The notes beneath the pieces were generated by a model. That model searched no databases, was not told the origin of the DNA, and worked only from the letters and a program-made list of their open reading frames with translations. The translations under genes and the position numbers were made by a program. From an uncultured Campylobacter sp. (GTDB lineage: Bacteria; Campylobacterota; Campylobacteria; Campylobacterales; Campylobacteraceae): a stretch of DNA of 64,000 nucleotides. Location: positions 628 to 64,627 of the forward strand of contig NZ_CALIAV010000055.1 in assembly GCF_938045625.1 (NCBI RefSeq). Reading direction: 5' to 3'. Of the stretch, positions 34,970 through 44,393 are shown in pieces (within the stretch, counting starts at the first letter, position 1; each line of letters starts with the position of its first letter).

Positions 34970-37062
34970 AAAGCGCGCGAGTCGTTTTAAAGGGCGGCAT
35001 CCCGTTTAATCCCGAATTTGACGACATTTACTTTAACGCAGACGACCCTATCGGCCAGAGCGAGTATGTTTTTAACTCCGTTTTTGACGAAATCTGGAAC
35101 AAAAAGAGTGAATTTAACGTGCTTGAGGCTGGATTTGGCACGGGGCTAAATTTTCTTTGCGCCTTTAAAAGATTTAAAAACACGGATAAATTTTTAAATT
35201 TCGTCAGTATCGAAAAAGCGCCGATCGCCAGAGACGATCTAGCTAAAATTTACGCGAATTTTAGCGAGCTTGAGGATGTTTCGAGAGAGCTTTTGGATGC
35301 CTATCCTCCGCTTATTCGCGGATTTCATAGGTTAAATTTGGCTCCAAACGTTACGCTTACCTTGTGCTTTGGCGACGTGGCTGAGGTTTTGGATGAGCTT
35401 AGTTTTATTGCGGATGCTGTTTTTATGGATGGCTTTGCGCCGGCTAAAAACGAAGCGATGTGGAGCGAGCTGGTTTGCGCTAAAATCGCAAATTTATGTG
35501 CATTGGGCGCTAGCGTTTGTACGTACTCGGCTTCGGGCGCGTTAAAAAGAGCACTGCAAAATAGTGGTTTTGAAGTAAATTTGCTAAAAGGTTACGGCAA
35601 AAAGCGAGAGATGTTGCGCGCTAAATTTACCGGCGAGCGGCAAGCTGAGGGTGAAATTTGGTTTAGCAGATTTGATCCAGCTAGCAGGGCTACGCCAAAG
35701 AGTGCGCTAGTGATCGGCGGCGGAGTGGCTGGCTGCGTTTGCGCGTTTAAGTTGCGTCAGCGCGGACTAGATGTCACGATCGCCGAAAAGCGTGGCGATA
35801 TCGCGCTAAACGGCTCTGGAAATCACTGCGGTATTTTGATGCCGCTTATCACGAAGCCAACCGTAAATTTAGGCCGCATGCACATGAACGCGTTTTTGCA
35901 GGCGGCGCGCTTTTATGAGCGAAATCTGGGTGCTGAGGAGATAGAGTTTTGCGGCGCGATGGACTACGCGTACGAGCAAAAGACGCTGGAGCGCTTTTAC
36001 GAGTGGCACAAATTTGACGCGGACAACGGCATTTTTGAGCTAAAATTTGATGACGAGCCTTACGCTAGCGCGTTTATTTTTAATGGCGCAAAAGCTCGCC
36101 CCAGAAAGATGTGCAAGGCGGCAAGCATGGGCATAAAAACGCTTTTAAACTGCGAATTTACGGGCTTTGAGACTCTTGAGGGTGGCGCGGTTAGGGCGCA
36201 TTTTAAAGACGGGCAAACCATCAACGCCGACGTGCTTGTACTTGCTATCGGTAGCGAGAGTATGGAGCTCTTTGCGGACTACGACATCAGGCTTAGCTCC
36301 GTTCGCGGCCAGGTCACGCATATCGAGCCCGCCGTTTTGACGTCTGCGCCTTTTAGCGCTAAAGGCTATGTCTGCCCGCCTGCCGAGGGCGTGCAGGTTA
36401 TCGGCGCGACTTACGATAGAAATCTTTTTTTGGACGAGCCGCGCTCTAGTGACGATGAGAAAAATTTAGCCGACGTTGCCGAGTTTTTGGACGGTAAATT
36501 TGCTAAAAGCGAGCGGCTAAATTTAAGCGGGCAGGATTTAAATTTGACTACCGGCCCAGACGGCGCTGCTGAAAATTTAAATCGTTTGGAAACGAGTAGG
36601 AACGATATAAATTTGAGTAAAAATACGGATTTGCGTACCGAGACTACTGATGATTCGGCGCAGACGCAAGATGCGTCAAATTTGACCGCACCTGAAAAAA
36701 GCTCAAACATCGCGGCTAAAATACCGCAAAACGTCCGAATAATCGGCTCAAAAGTTGGCTACCGCAGCTATAGCGGCGACCGTTTTCCGCTCATCGGGCG
36801 GCTTTACAACGAGGATTTTTATAAAGATACCTATAAGTCGCTGCTTTGGACGAAGGGCAAGTCCAATCCGCATCCAAAATACGTGCCAAACGTCTACGTT
36901 AGCACCGCTCACGGCTCGCGCGGGCTCTGTACTGCCGTGCTTGGCGCCGAGCTCATCTGCGATCTTATTTTTGACCGCCCGCTTTGCATCGAAAAATCGC
37001 TTTTTGGCGAGCTTCACTTGGCGAGATTTCTCGTTAGGAAACTCAAAAAAGGGCTAAAGTAG
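34966..37062 (+). CDS. mnmC: Bifunctional tRNA mnm5s2U methyltransferase / FAD oxidoreductase
   Basis: N-terminal FDDIYF and EAGFGTGLNF (SAM domain). C-terminal GGGVAGC FAD motif. Contains a low-complexity insert at about 36500-36735. Confidence 0.85.
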   Translation: MKSARVVLKGGIPFNPEFDDIYFNADDPIGQSEYVFNSVFDEIWNKKSEFNVLEAGFGTGLNFLCAFKRFKNTDKFLNFVSIEKAPIARDDLAKIYANFSELEDVSRELLDAYPPLIRGFHRLNLAPNVTLTLCFGDVAEVLDELSFIADAVFMDGFAPAKNEAMWSELVCAKIANLCALGASVCTYSASGALKRALQNSGFEVNLLKGYGKKREMLRAKFTGERQAEGEIWFSRFDPASRATPKSALVIGGGVAGCVCAFKLRQRGLDVTIAEKRGDIALNGSGNHCGILMPLITKPTVNLGRMHMNAFLQAARFYERNLGAEEIEFCGAMDYAYEQKTLERFYEWHKFDADNGIFELKFDDEPYASAFIFNGAKARPRKMCKAASMGIKTLLNCEFTGFETLEGGAVRAHFKDGQTINADVLVLAIGSESMELFADYDIRLSSVRGQVTHIEPAVLTSAPFSAKGYVCPPAEGVQVIGATYDRNLFLDEPRSSDDEKNLADVAEFLDGKFAKSERLNLSGQDLNLTTGPDGAAENLNRLETSRNDINLSKNTDLRTETTDDSAQTQDASNLTAPEKSSNIAAKIPQNVRIIGSKVGYRSYSGDRFPLIGRLYNEDFYKDTYKSLLWTKGKSNPHPKYVPNVYVSTAHGSRGLCTAVLGAELICDLIFDRPLCIEKSLFGELHLARFLVRKLKKGLK

Positions 37063-37315
37063 GCATAAAGTTGGATTTTAAAGTCTGATTTTACGTTATT
37101 TATTTTTACGTCAAATTCGGCATAAATTTGAGGCAGCGGCTGGTACTGATCAAATTTTATTTTTTATAAATTTAGCCGTTCTAGTTAAAGTAGCATGAGT
37201 GCCGTTTGCAGGCGTATATCAAAAATTGTTAAGAGTAGAAAAATGCGCATTGCGGCGCAAAAAGCATAGTATGGATAAAGCTCAAATTTAGACGAGCGTC
37301 AAAGCCAAAACGGCT

Positions 37316-37342
37316 AAAATAGGCGAAATCCGCCTATTTTTT
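37316..37342. terminator. Bidirectional rho-independent-type terminator
   Basis: aaaat-aggcg-aaatc-cgcct-atttttt. An A-run and a T-run flank the stem. It lies immediately 3' of the DUF937 gene and about 250 nt after mnmC. Confidence 0.5.
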
Positions 37343-37867
37343 ACCGAAAAAGTCGCCTGCGATCCTAAAGATATCATCTACGATCGAGCCGTCTTTGTTC
37401 TGATCCAAAAACTGCGTAAGCATCGACATCATGGAGTCGTTGTCCGCGGAGTCTTGCAAATTTGAGGCTTTTAGCTGATTGTTTAGCATGCCGGCGATCA
37501 TCGGCGCGATCATCGGTAGCAGAGTCTTGATAGAGTCTGCACTGATGCCTAGCTGCGAACCCACGTCGCTAGCTAGAGCCCTGCTGTTTTCTTTCGAGCC
37601 CGTTAGTACGCCTAGTAGCTCGTTGCCTTCGGCGACGTTGATGTTTTGCGGGGTTCCAGTAATCTCGCCAAGGTTTGAGCGGCGGATCATCTCTAGAAAA
37701 TTTGACGAATCTGCGTCAGATTTAAAATTCTCATTGGCTCTTTGCATGAAAATCGGCGCGATCTTAGAAATCACGGCCTCTACGTCGTTTGTGCCCAGTC
37801 CGCTTTTTTGCGACATCGCATCTAACATACCGCCGGAGTTGCTCAAAAGTAGCTTTAGTATATCCAT
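37334..37867 (-). CDS. DUF937-family protein
   Basis: 177 aa. N-terminal LLSNSGGMLDAMSQKSGLG and a repeated helical pattern typical of DUF937. Confidence 0.6.
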   Translation of the reverse strand: MDILKLLLSNSGGMLDAMSQKSGLGTNDVEAVISKIAPIFMQRANENFKSDADSSNFLEMIRRSNLGEITGTPQNINVAEGNELLGVLTGSKENSRALASDVGSQLGISADSIKTLLPMIAPMIAGMLNNQLKASNLQDSADNDSMMSMLTQFLDQNKDGSIVDDIFRIAGDFFGKK

Positions 37868-37956
37868 TTTTATCCTTTTGATTTTTGCGTGAGTTTAAAT
37901 TTGACCGCCGCTTGTTTGGGTTTAACGAGGTGGCGGCCGGCAAGCCTAGCAGCAAC

Positions 37957-38475
37957 TTATTTGTAGTTTTTGATCGCCGCGTCCAGGATCTCTTTTGCGG
38001 CGTCGGCGTCTTTAAATTCTTTAACCTTGACCCATTTGTTAGGCTCTAAAATTTTATAAGTTTCAAAGAAATTTTTGATCTTATTTAGAGTGGCCTCAGG
38101 CAGGTCTTTATAGCTTTTGATCCCGTCAAATCGCGGATCGATCTTGGTAACCGGTACGGCTAGCAGTTTCTCGTCCATGCCTGCTTCGTCTTCCATCACG
38201 AGCACGCCGATGAGACGGCACGGGATCACGCTACCAGCTTGCAGAGGGTATTCGTTTAACACCAAGATATCGGCAGGATCTCCGTCTGCTGCGAGCGTGT
38301 TTGGCACGAAGCCGTAGTTTGCCGGGTAGAACATTGCCGAGTAGAGTACGCGATCGACTACGACCGCGCCGCTATCTTTGTCGATTTCGTATTTTATGTT
38401 CGAGCCGTACGGGATCTCGATCACGGCGTTGATTTTGTCCGGGTTTGAGCCTGCTTTGATTTTTGAAACGTCCAT
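37957..38475 (-). CDS. ppa: Inorganic pyrophosphatase (family I)
   Basis: IEIPYGSNIKYEIDK, DGDPADILVL. I chose the ATG at 38475, which has an AAGGA upstream. Confidence 0.9.
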   Translation of the reverse strand: MDVSKIKAGSNPDKINAVIEIPYGSNIKYEIDKDSGAVVVDRVLYSAMFYPANYGFVPNTLAADGDPADILVLNEYPLQAGSVIPCRLIGVLVMEDEAGMDEKLLAVPVTKIDPRFDGIKSYKDLPEATLNKIKNFFETYKILEPNKWVKVKEFKDADAAKEILDAAIKNYK

Positions 38476-38703
38476 TTTTATCCTTTGTAAAGCTCCTATC
38501 ACGTGGCGTTTTGTAGCAAAACGCTTTGAGATACTTGCATTGAAATTTGAGTAAGAGATTATATAAAATCTCGGCTAAATTTGGAGTAAAACGAGAATTA
38601 GGGCAGGCTAAAATTTGATGGACATTACGGCGGTAAATTTGATGCTAAAAAGTAAAATTTGTAAATTTTTTTTGAGGGGGACTAAAATTTGGGGGAAATT
38701 TAA

Positions 38704-38717
38704 GGCGGCGAACCGCC
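38704..38717 (-). terminator. Short GC hairpin 3' of the YgiW-like gene
   Basis: ggcgg-cgaa-ccgcc, followed on the minus strand by UUAAAUUU. Confidence 0.35.
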
Positions 38718-38723
38718 CTAAAA

Positions 38724-39065
38724 TCATTTGATTATTTCGATGCTTTTTACGTCGATAGAGGTTTTCATAAGGTCCTTATCAATCTTGCCTTGGATGCGCA
38801 CGGGCGTGTTTTCATCGACGGTTACGCCTCTCCAGTCATTGTTATCGATCTCGACTTCGATCGTGTCGCCGTTTTTATCGACGAATAGGTAGTGCTCAGG
38901 GCGAAACTCGGAGACGATCTTGCCTTCAAGCACGACGCGAGCGTCATCTGGTAGCGCTAGGGCTTGTTTCACCGTGCTTGCGCTCGTGGCGCCTTTGCCG
39001 ACGAATCCGCCTGCTGCAAACATCGCGCTAGCAAGAGCCGCTGATAAAACTATTTTTTTAAACAT
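38724..39065 (-). CDS. YgiW/YdeI-family periplasmic OB-fold (BOF) stress protein
   Basis: 113 aa, with a signal peptide. VVLEGKIV ... YLFVDKNGDTIEVEID ... V.I.GKIDKD pattern. Confidence 0.7.
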   Translation of the reverse strand: MFKKIVLSAALASAMFAAGGFVGKGATSASTVKQALALPDDARVVLEGKIVSEFRPEHYLFVDKNGDTIEVEIDNNDWRGVTVDENTPVRIQGKIDKDLMKTSIDVKSIEIIK

Positions 39066-39202
39066 TATGTATCCTTTAAAATTTGATGTGATTTTCGTGA
39101 AAATATAGTGCGGATTTTAATGATAATTCGTGAATTTTTTGTTAATTTGGATTTATGGAAAGCTTAATTTTAGAGCCTAGCTTGAGGCTCTAAAATTAAT
39201 GT

Positions 39203-39769
39203 TTATAGGCTATTTACGAGAGCTTTGACGTCGGCTACGATAGGCTCGATCGCGCGCTCGCCGTTTACGACGTGGAGCAGGCCTTTTTCTTTGTAAAATT
39301 TACGTATCGCCTCGATCGGTTCTAGATAAACCTTCATGCGGTTGTTGAAAACCTCGTTGTTGTCGTCGGCTCCGCGCGCTCGTCCGAGTACTCTCTCGCG
39401 TGCGACGGCTTCGCTAACGTCCACTTCGATCACGCCTTTCAACGCGATCTCGTTTTGCGCGGCTAGCACCTTGTCTAGCTCGGTCATTTGCTCGATGCTG
39501 CGCGGGTAACCGTCGATGATGACGTTTGATTTGTCCGAGCTTTTGATCGCTGAGACGATCGCATTTACGACGACGTCAAGCGGGACTAGATTGCCCTTTG
39601 AGATAAAGCCGTCGATTAGTTTGCCTAGCTCTGAGCCACTGGCAACCTCTGCGCGTAGCAGATCGCCCGTTGAGAAGTGCGCAAATTTGGCGTCCTCTTG
39701 CGCGATTAGCGATGCGTCGGTGGTTTTGCCGGAGCCTGGAGCGCCGATGATTAAAAATAGTTTTTTCAT
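39203..39769 (-). CDS. adk: Adenylate kinase (short form without a zinc lid)
   Basis: P-loop [17 protein letters not shown]. Confidence 0.9.
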   Translation of the reverse strand: MKKLFLIIGAPGSGKTTDASLIAQEDAKFAHFSTGDLLRAEVASGSELGKLIDGFISKGNLVPLDVVVNAIVSAIKSSDKSNVIIDGYPRSIEQMTELDKVLAAQNEIALKGVIEVDVSEAVARERVLGRARGADDNNEVFNNRMKVYLEPIEAIRKFYKEKGLLHVVNGERAIEPIVADVKALVNSL

Positions 39770-39814
39770 AAATTTTCCTTTAAACGGCTTGCCTTTTTCT
39801 ACTTATACTTCGTT

Positions 39815-39875
39815 GGATTTTAAATTTTAAGCTCGATGAGCTACGTGTTCTATCTGCGCTTAAAATTTAAAATCC
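39815..39875. repeat. Perfect 18-bp AT-rich hairpin (intergenic aspS-adk), copy 1
   Basis: ggattttaaattttaagc (39815-39832) and gcttaaaatttaaaatcc (39858-39875) with a 25-nt loop. Confidence 0.9.
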
Positions 39876-39971
39876 GCCTCGTCTAAGCGAAAAATACTTC
39901 GCCTTTTTCTTTAAAATAAAAAATAAAATTCAATAAATTTGTAGCGGAAGTATCGCCAAGCTAGACTAGGC

Positions 39972-40031
39972 GGTTTTAAAATTTAAGCGTACGCTAGGCA
40001 TGTAGTCTGCGGAGCGTAAAATTTTAAAACC
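39972..40031. repeat. Related 18-bp AT-rich hairpin with a 5-nt bulge, copy 2
   Basis: ggttttaaaattt[aagcg]tacgc (39972-39994) pairs with gcgtaaaattttaaaacc (40014-40031). Confidence 0.8.
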
Positions 40032-40067
40032 AACGACGTATAGCGCGGCAAGACGACGCTTCTACAC

Positions 40068-41819
40068 TTATTTTTCTTTTTCTCGCAGCCTTAGCCCCAG
40101 CTCCCTCAACTGCTCGCCGCTAGCTTCGCTCGGCGCTTTTGTTAGCGGGCACTGAGCGCGCTGAGTCTTAGGGAAGGCGATGACGTCGCGGATCGAGCTG
40201 GTTTTATTTACTAGCATATTTAGTCTGTCAAAGCCGATCGCTATACCGCCGTGAGGAGGCGCGCCGAAGCTTAATGCATCAAGCAAGAAGCCAAATTTCT
40301 CGCGTTGCTCGGCTTCGTCGATACCAAGTAGCTTAAATACCTTTTGCTGAACGTCGTTTTTGTGTATCCTCACGCTACCGCCGCCAAGCTCATAGCCGTT
40401 AAGCACGACGTCGTGAGCGACCGAGAGGATGTCCTCGAGATCGGGCTCGTCGATGTTTTTAGGCATGGTAAACGGATGGTGCATGGCTGAGTAGCTGCCG
40501 TCGTCGTTTTGCTCAAACATCGGAAAGTCAAGCACCCATAAAAACTCCATTTTGTTTTGGTCGATGATGCCCATTTGCTCTGCGAGGAAAATCCTAAATC
40601 GCCCCATGTAGTCAAGTACGACTTTTTTCTTGCCGGCGCCGAAAAATACGACGTCGCCGACTTTTAGCTCGCAGCGAGCCACGATCTCGTCGAGGTTGCT
40701 TTGCTCGAAAAATTTGCAAAGCGGTCCTTTTAGTCCGTCCTCTTTCATCTGGAAGTAGCCAAGGCCCTGAGCGCCGAATTTGCGGACAAATTCCTCAAAA
40801 CGGTTCATCTCGCGCTTACTAAAGATATTATCGCCGTTTGGTACTTTTAGCGCTTTGATGCGGTTTTTCTTAGGTTCGGTTGCGATTTTGCTAAAGATTT
40901 CGTTGCTAGAGCGCGCGAAAATGTCGATAACGTCGATCATCTTTAGATCGTAGCGCAGATCGGGCTTATCGCTACCGTAGCTTTCTGTCGCCTCTTTGTA
41001 GCTCATGCGGCGGAAAGGTATCTGGATATCATATCCGCAGGCGGCAAATACGTCTTTTAGCATATTTTCGGCCATATTTAGGATATCTTCTTGCTCGATG
41101 AAACTCATCTCGATATCTATCTGCGTAAATTCCGGCTGTCTATCGGCGCGCAAGTCCTCGTCGCGGAAGCATTTTGCGATCTGGAAGTATTTATCAAAGC
41201 CAGAGCACATCAAAAGTTGTTTAAAAAGCTGCGGGCTTTGCGGCAGGGCATAAAACTGGCCCGGATATACGCGGCTAGGCACTAGATAGTCTCTCGCACC
41301 CTCAGGCGTAGCACGCGTTAAAATCGGCGTTTCAAACTCGATAAAGCCCATTTTATCTAGGCTGTTTCTAGCTGCAATCGCCGCTTTTGAGCGCATTTTA
41401 AAGATATTTTGAAGTTTTTCGTTTCTAAGGTCTAAAAATCTATATTTTAGTCTGATGTCCTCGTTTACGCTCTCGTCGCCGATGACGAAAGGTAGCGTCT
41501 CGCTCGGGTTTTCGACGATCACTTCGCTAGCGATTACTTCGATCTCGCCCGTTTTTAGGCGCGGATTTACCAGGCCTTCGCCGCGAGCGCGGACTTTGCC
41601 TTTTATCCTTAGTACGTACTCGTCGCGAACGTGCGACGCGGCCTCGTGAGAGCTCTTACTATCTGCTGGATCGCAGACGATCTGGATCAGTCCCGTGCGA
41701 TCGCGCAGGTCCAAAAATATAACGCCGCCGTGGTCGCGGTAGGTATTTACCCAACCGCAAAGCGTAACTTCTTTGCCTATGTCGGCACTGCTTAAATCAG
41801 TGCAGTAATGGCTACGCAT
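40068..41819 (-). CDS. aspS: Aspartate--tRNA ligase
   Basis: Class II motifs ([34 protein letters not shown]). The ATG at 41819 lies 5 nt after AAGGAG. Confidence 0.95.
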   Translation of the reverse strand: MRSHYCTDLSSADIGKEVTLCGWVNTYRDHGGVIFLDLRDRTGLIQIVCDPADSKSSHEAASHVRDEYVLRIKGKVRARGEGLVNPRLKTGEIEVIASEVIVENPSETLPFVIGDESVNEDIRLKYRFLDLRNEKLQNIFKMRSKAAIAARNSLDKMGFIEFETPILTRATPEGARDYLVPSRVYPGQFYALPQSPQLFKQLLMCSGFDKYFQIAKCFRDEDLRADRQPEFTQIDIEMSFIEQEDILNMAENMLKDVFAACGYDIQIPFRRMSYKEATESYGSDKPDLRYDLKMIDVIDIFARSSNEIFSKIATEPKKNRIKALKVPNGDNIFSKREMNRFEEFVRKFGAQGLGYFQMKEDGLKGPLCKFFEQSNLDEIVARCELKVGDVVFFGAGKKKVVLDYMGRFRIFLAEQMGIIDQNKMEFLWVLDFPMFEQNDDGSYSAMHHPFTMPKNIDEPDLEDILSVAHDVVLNGYELGGGSVRIHKNDVQQKVFKLLGIDEAEQREKFGFLLDALSFGAPPHGGIAIGFDRLNMLVNKTSSIRDVIAFPKTQRAQCPLTKAPSEASGEQLRELGLRLREKEK

Positions 41820-41912
41820 TTTCACTCCTTTTGCTGTTTTTAACGCGCCAATTATACTAGAAATTTGCTTGCTCCCAGCTTTTTTAAAACAAAATGTGAT
41901 AAAATCCGCCCT

Positions 41913-42806
41913 ATGAAAAAAGAGAATTTATTGCTTCCTTCCAAGATAAAAACGGTCGGATTAGTCGCGAAAATCAACGGCGACGCGGTCAAAAACATGC
42001 GAATTTTACGCGAAATTTTAGCCAGGTACGGCGTTCAAATTTTGTTTGAAAACGCGGCGGCTAAACATCTAAATTTAAAAGAGGGCTCAAATTTACAAGG
42101 ATTTGAGGTGCGCGAGCTAGCGCAGGAGTGCGATTTTTTGATCTCGCTCGGAGGCGACGGCACGATCATCTCGCTTTGTAGAAACGCGGCCGAAATTTCG
42201 CCATATGTGCTAGGCATTCACGCGGGTAGGCTAGGGTTTTTAACAGATATCACGATGAATGAATGCGAGAAATTTTTCGCCGAGTTTTTTGAGGGTAAAT
42301 TTGAGGTCGAGACCCCTTTTATGCTCGACGTTTTTTTGCACAAAAAAAGCGGCGAAATTTTACATAAAATCGCATTTAACGACGCGGTAATCGTGGGCGA
42401 AAAGGTAGGCTCCATGACGCACGTGGAGGCCTTTTGGAACGAAAAATACTTTAACGCGTATTTTGGCGACGGCGTCATCGTCTCTACGCCGGTTGGATCA
42501 ACCGGATATAACATGAGCGCGGGCGGGGCGATAACCTACCCTTTGAGCGAGGTGTTTTTGGTTACGCCCGTTTGCTCGCACTCGCTCACGCAGCGCCCAG
42601 TCGTGCTTCCGCGCGGATTTGAGATCAAATTTAAAACCGCAAGCGCGGCGGTGCTGGTTATCGACGGACAGGAGCGGTACAAAATGGGCGAGCTTGAGAG
42701 CGTGAGCATGACGCTAAGCGCCAGCACGGCGCGGCTAATCCGCCACGTCGGGAGAGATTATTTTCAAATTTTAAAAGAAAAGCTGCATTGGGGTTATAAT
42801 GATTGA
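41913..42806 (+). CDS. nadK: NAD kinase
   Basis: GGDGT motif and [16 protein letters not shown] chose the ATG at 41913. Confidence 0.9.
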   Translation: MKKENLLLPSKIKTVGLVAKINGDAVKNMRILREILARYGVQILFENAAAKHLNLKEGSNLQGFEVRELAQECDFLISLGGDGTIISLCRNAAEISPYVLGIHAGRLGFLTDITMNECEKFFAEFFEGKFEVETPFMLDVFLHKKSGEILHKIAFNDAVIVGEKVGSMTHVEAFWNEKYFNAYFGDGVIVSTPVGSTGYNMSAGGAITYPLSEVFLVTPVCSHSLTQRPVVLPRGFEIKFKTASAAVLVIDGQERYKMGELESVSMTLSASTARLIRHVGRDYFQILKEKLHWGYND

Positions 42807-44322
42807 GCGGATTTTGATAAAGCAAAATTTGAGTTTTGAAAACGTCGAGTTAAATTTCGGGCGCGGACTTAGCGTCTTTACGGGCGTGAGCGGTGCTGGC
42901 AAATCAGTCCTGATGGGCTCGATAATGGCAGTTTTGGGGCTAAAAGATAGCGAAGCAAAGCTCATCGAGGCCGACGTCTCGCATAAATTTGACCTTGAGG
43001 AATTTGGCCTTGAGAGCGAGGAGATAAATACTTTTAAGCTATTTCGCGACAAAACGACGCGCTACTTTATAAACTCGCAAGCCGTTTCTAAAAAAAATCT
43101 AGCCAGCATCGCCAAAGAGCATGTAAAATACCTATCCGCAAAGGAAATAAACGAATTTGAAAACGAGAGATTTTTAAATTTGCTAGATAGCTTGCAAGCG
43201 AAAAAAGACGCTAAATTTAACGAAATTTTGAGCGAATTTAGGCTCAAATTTGACGAATTTAGCCAAATTTCGCGCGAGCTGAAAAAAATAATCGACGAAG
43301 AAAAAAGAGTGGAGGAGCTAAAAGAATTTGCCTCCTTTGAAATCAATAAAATAGAAAGCGTGAGCCCGAAAATCGGCGAATTTGACGAGCTGATGGAGTT
43401 AAAAAAGCGTCTAAGCAAAAAGGATAAAATTTTAGAAGCGTGGAATAGGGCGGAGCAAATTTTTAATTTCGAGCAATCCGTAGTAGATGCGCTAAACATC
43501 AGCGATATCGATAGTAGCTTTTTTGAGGAGGCGATGAACGAGCTGCGAGTAGCGCGCGAAAATCTAAACATGGACGAGCTAGAAGACGTAGATATCGAGG
43601 GCGTACTAGACCGCATCGAGGCGATAAACTCGCTCGTGCGTCGCTATGGCGGTGAGGAGGAGGCCTTGGAGACGCTAAAAACGCGCAAGGCGGAGCTAGC
43701 AAGATACGAAAACATAAGCTTTGAAAAAAGCGAGCTGGAGCGTAAATTTAAACAAAATGAAACCGCAGTAAACGCGCTGGCAGACAAAATCAGCCAGGCT
43801 CGTGCGGCAAATTTAAAGGAGCTTGAGTCACTCATAAATTCGTTTTTAAAAGAGCTTTATATGAGCGAGATTTCATTAAAGATAAATAGCAAAACCCTAG
43901 ACGCCGCTGGTAGGGACGAGGTAAATTTGAGCCTAAACGACACGGCGCTAAAAAATCTAAGCTCGGGCGAGCTAAACCGCTTAAGGCTAGCTTTTATCGC
44001 GAGCGAAAGCAAGATCACGGGAGGCGGCGAGGGTGTCATAATCCTAGATGAAATAGACGCGAATCTAAGCGGAAAAGAAGCGATGAGCATCGCAAACGTG
44101 CTGCTAAATTTGGCCAAATTTTATCAAATTTTTGCTATCTCGCATCAGCCGCAGCTAAGCTCTAAGGCCGATTCGCATTTTCTAGTCGAAAAGCGCGGCG
44201 AAACCTCGAGCGTAAGGGAGCTAAAGGGTGATGAGCGCGTATCTGAGCTGGCTAGAATGATAAGCGGCGAACGCATAACCGACGAGGCGATAAATTTTGC
44301 TCGCCAGCTTTTGGTTGTTTAA
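42799..44322 (+). CDS. recN: DNA repair protein RecN
   Basis: Walker A GVSGAGKS, long coiled coil, C-terminal SGGELNR-type signature (SSGELNRL) and ILDEIDANL. Confidence 0.85.
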   Translation: MIERILIKQNLSFENVELNFGRGLSVFTGVSGAGKSVLMGSIMAVLGLKDSEAKLIEADVSHKFDLEEFGLESEEINTFKLFRDKTTRYFINSQAVSKKNLASIAKEHVKYLSAKEINEFENERFLNLLDSLQAKKDAKFNEILSEFRLKFDEFSQISRELKKIIDEEKRVEELKEFASFEINKIESVSPKIGEFDELMELKKRLSKKDKILEAWNRAEQIFNFEQSVVDALNISDIDSSFFEEAMNELRVARENLNMDELEDVDIEGVLDRIEAINSLVRRYGGEEEALETLKTRKAELARYENISFEKSELERKFKQNETAVNALADKISQARAANLKELESLINSFLKELYMSEISLKINSKTLDAAGRDEVNLSLNDTALKNLSSGELNRLRLAFIASESKITGGGEGVIILDEIDANLSGKEAMSIANVLLNLAKFYQIFAISHQPQLSSKADSHFLVEKRGETSSVRELKGDERVSELARMISGERITDEAINFARQLLVV

Positions 44323-44359
44323 GTTTGGCTTAAAATTTAGGTTGAAAAAAGAAAAGTAA

Positions 44360-44368
44360 TGGTATATT
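44360..44368 (+). promoter_or_regulatory. Possible extended -10 element (TGGTATATT) upstream of cbrR
   Basis: TGn + TATATT lies 26 nt upstream of the ATG at 44394. Confidence 0.3.
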
Positions 44369-44393
44369 CTCGAAAATTTTCAAATGGATATTT

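Noticed and set aside
43062-43616. 184-aa minus-strand ORF inside recN, with several similar S/F-rich ORFs at 43644-44117.
   Set aside because: They are antisense shadows of the RecN coiled-coil region. The composition is not protein-like.
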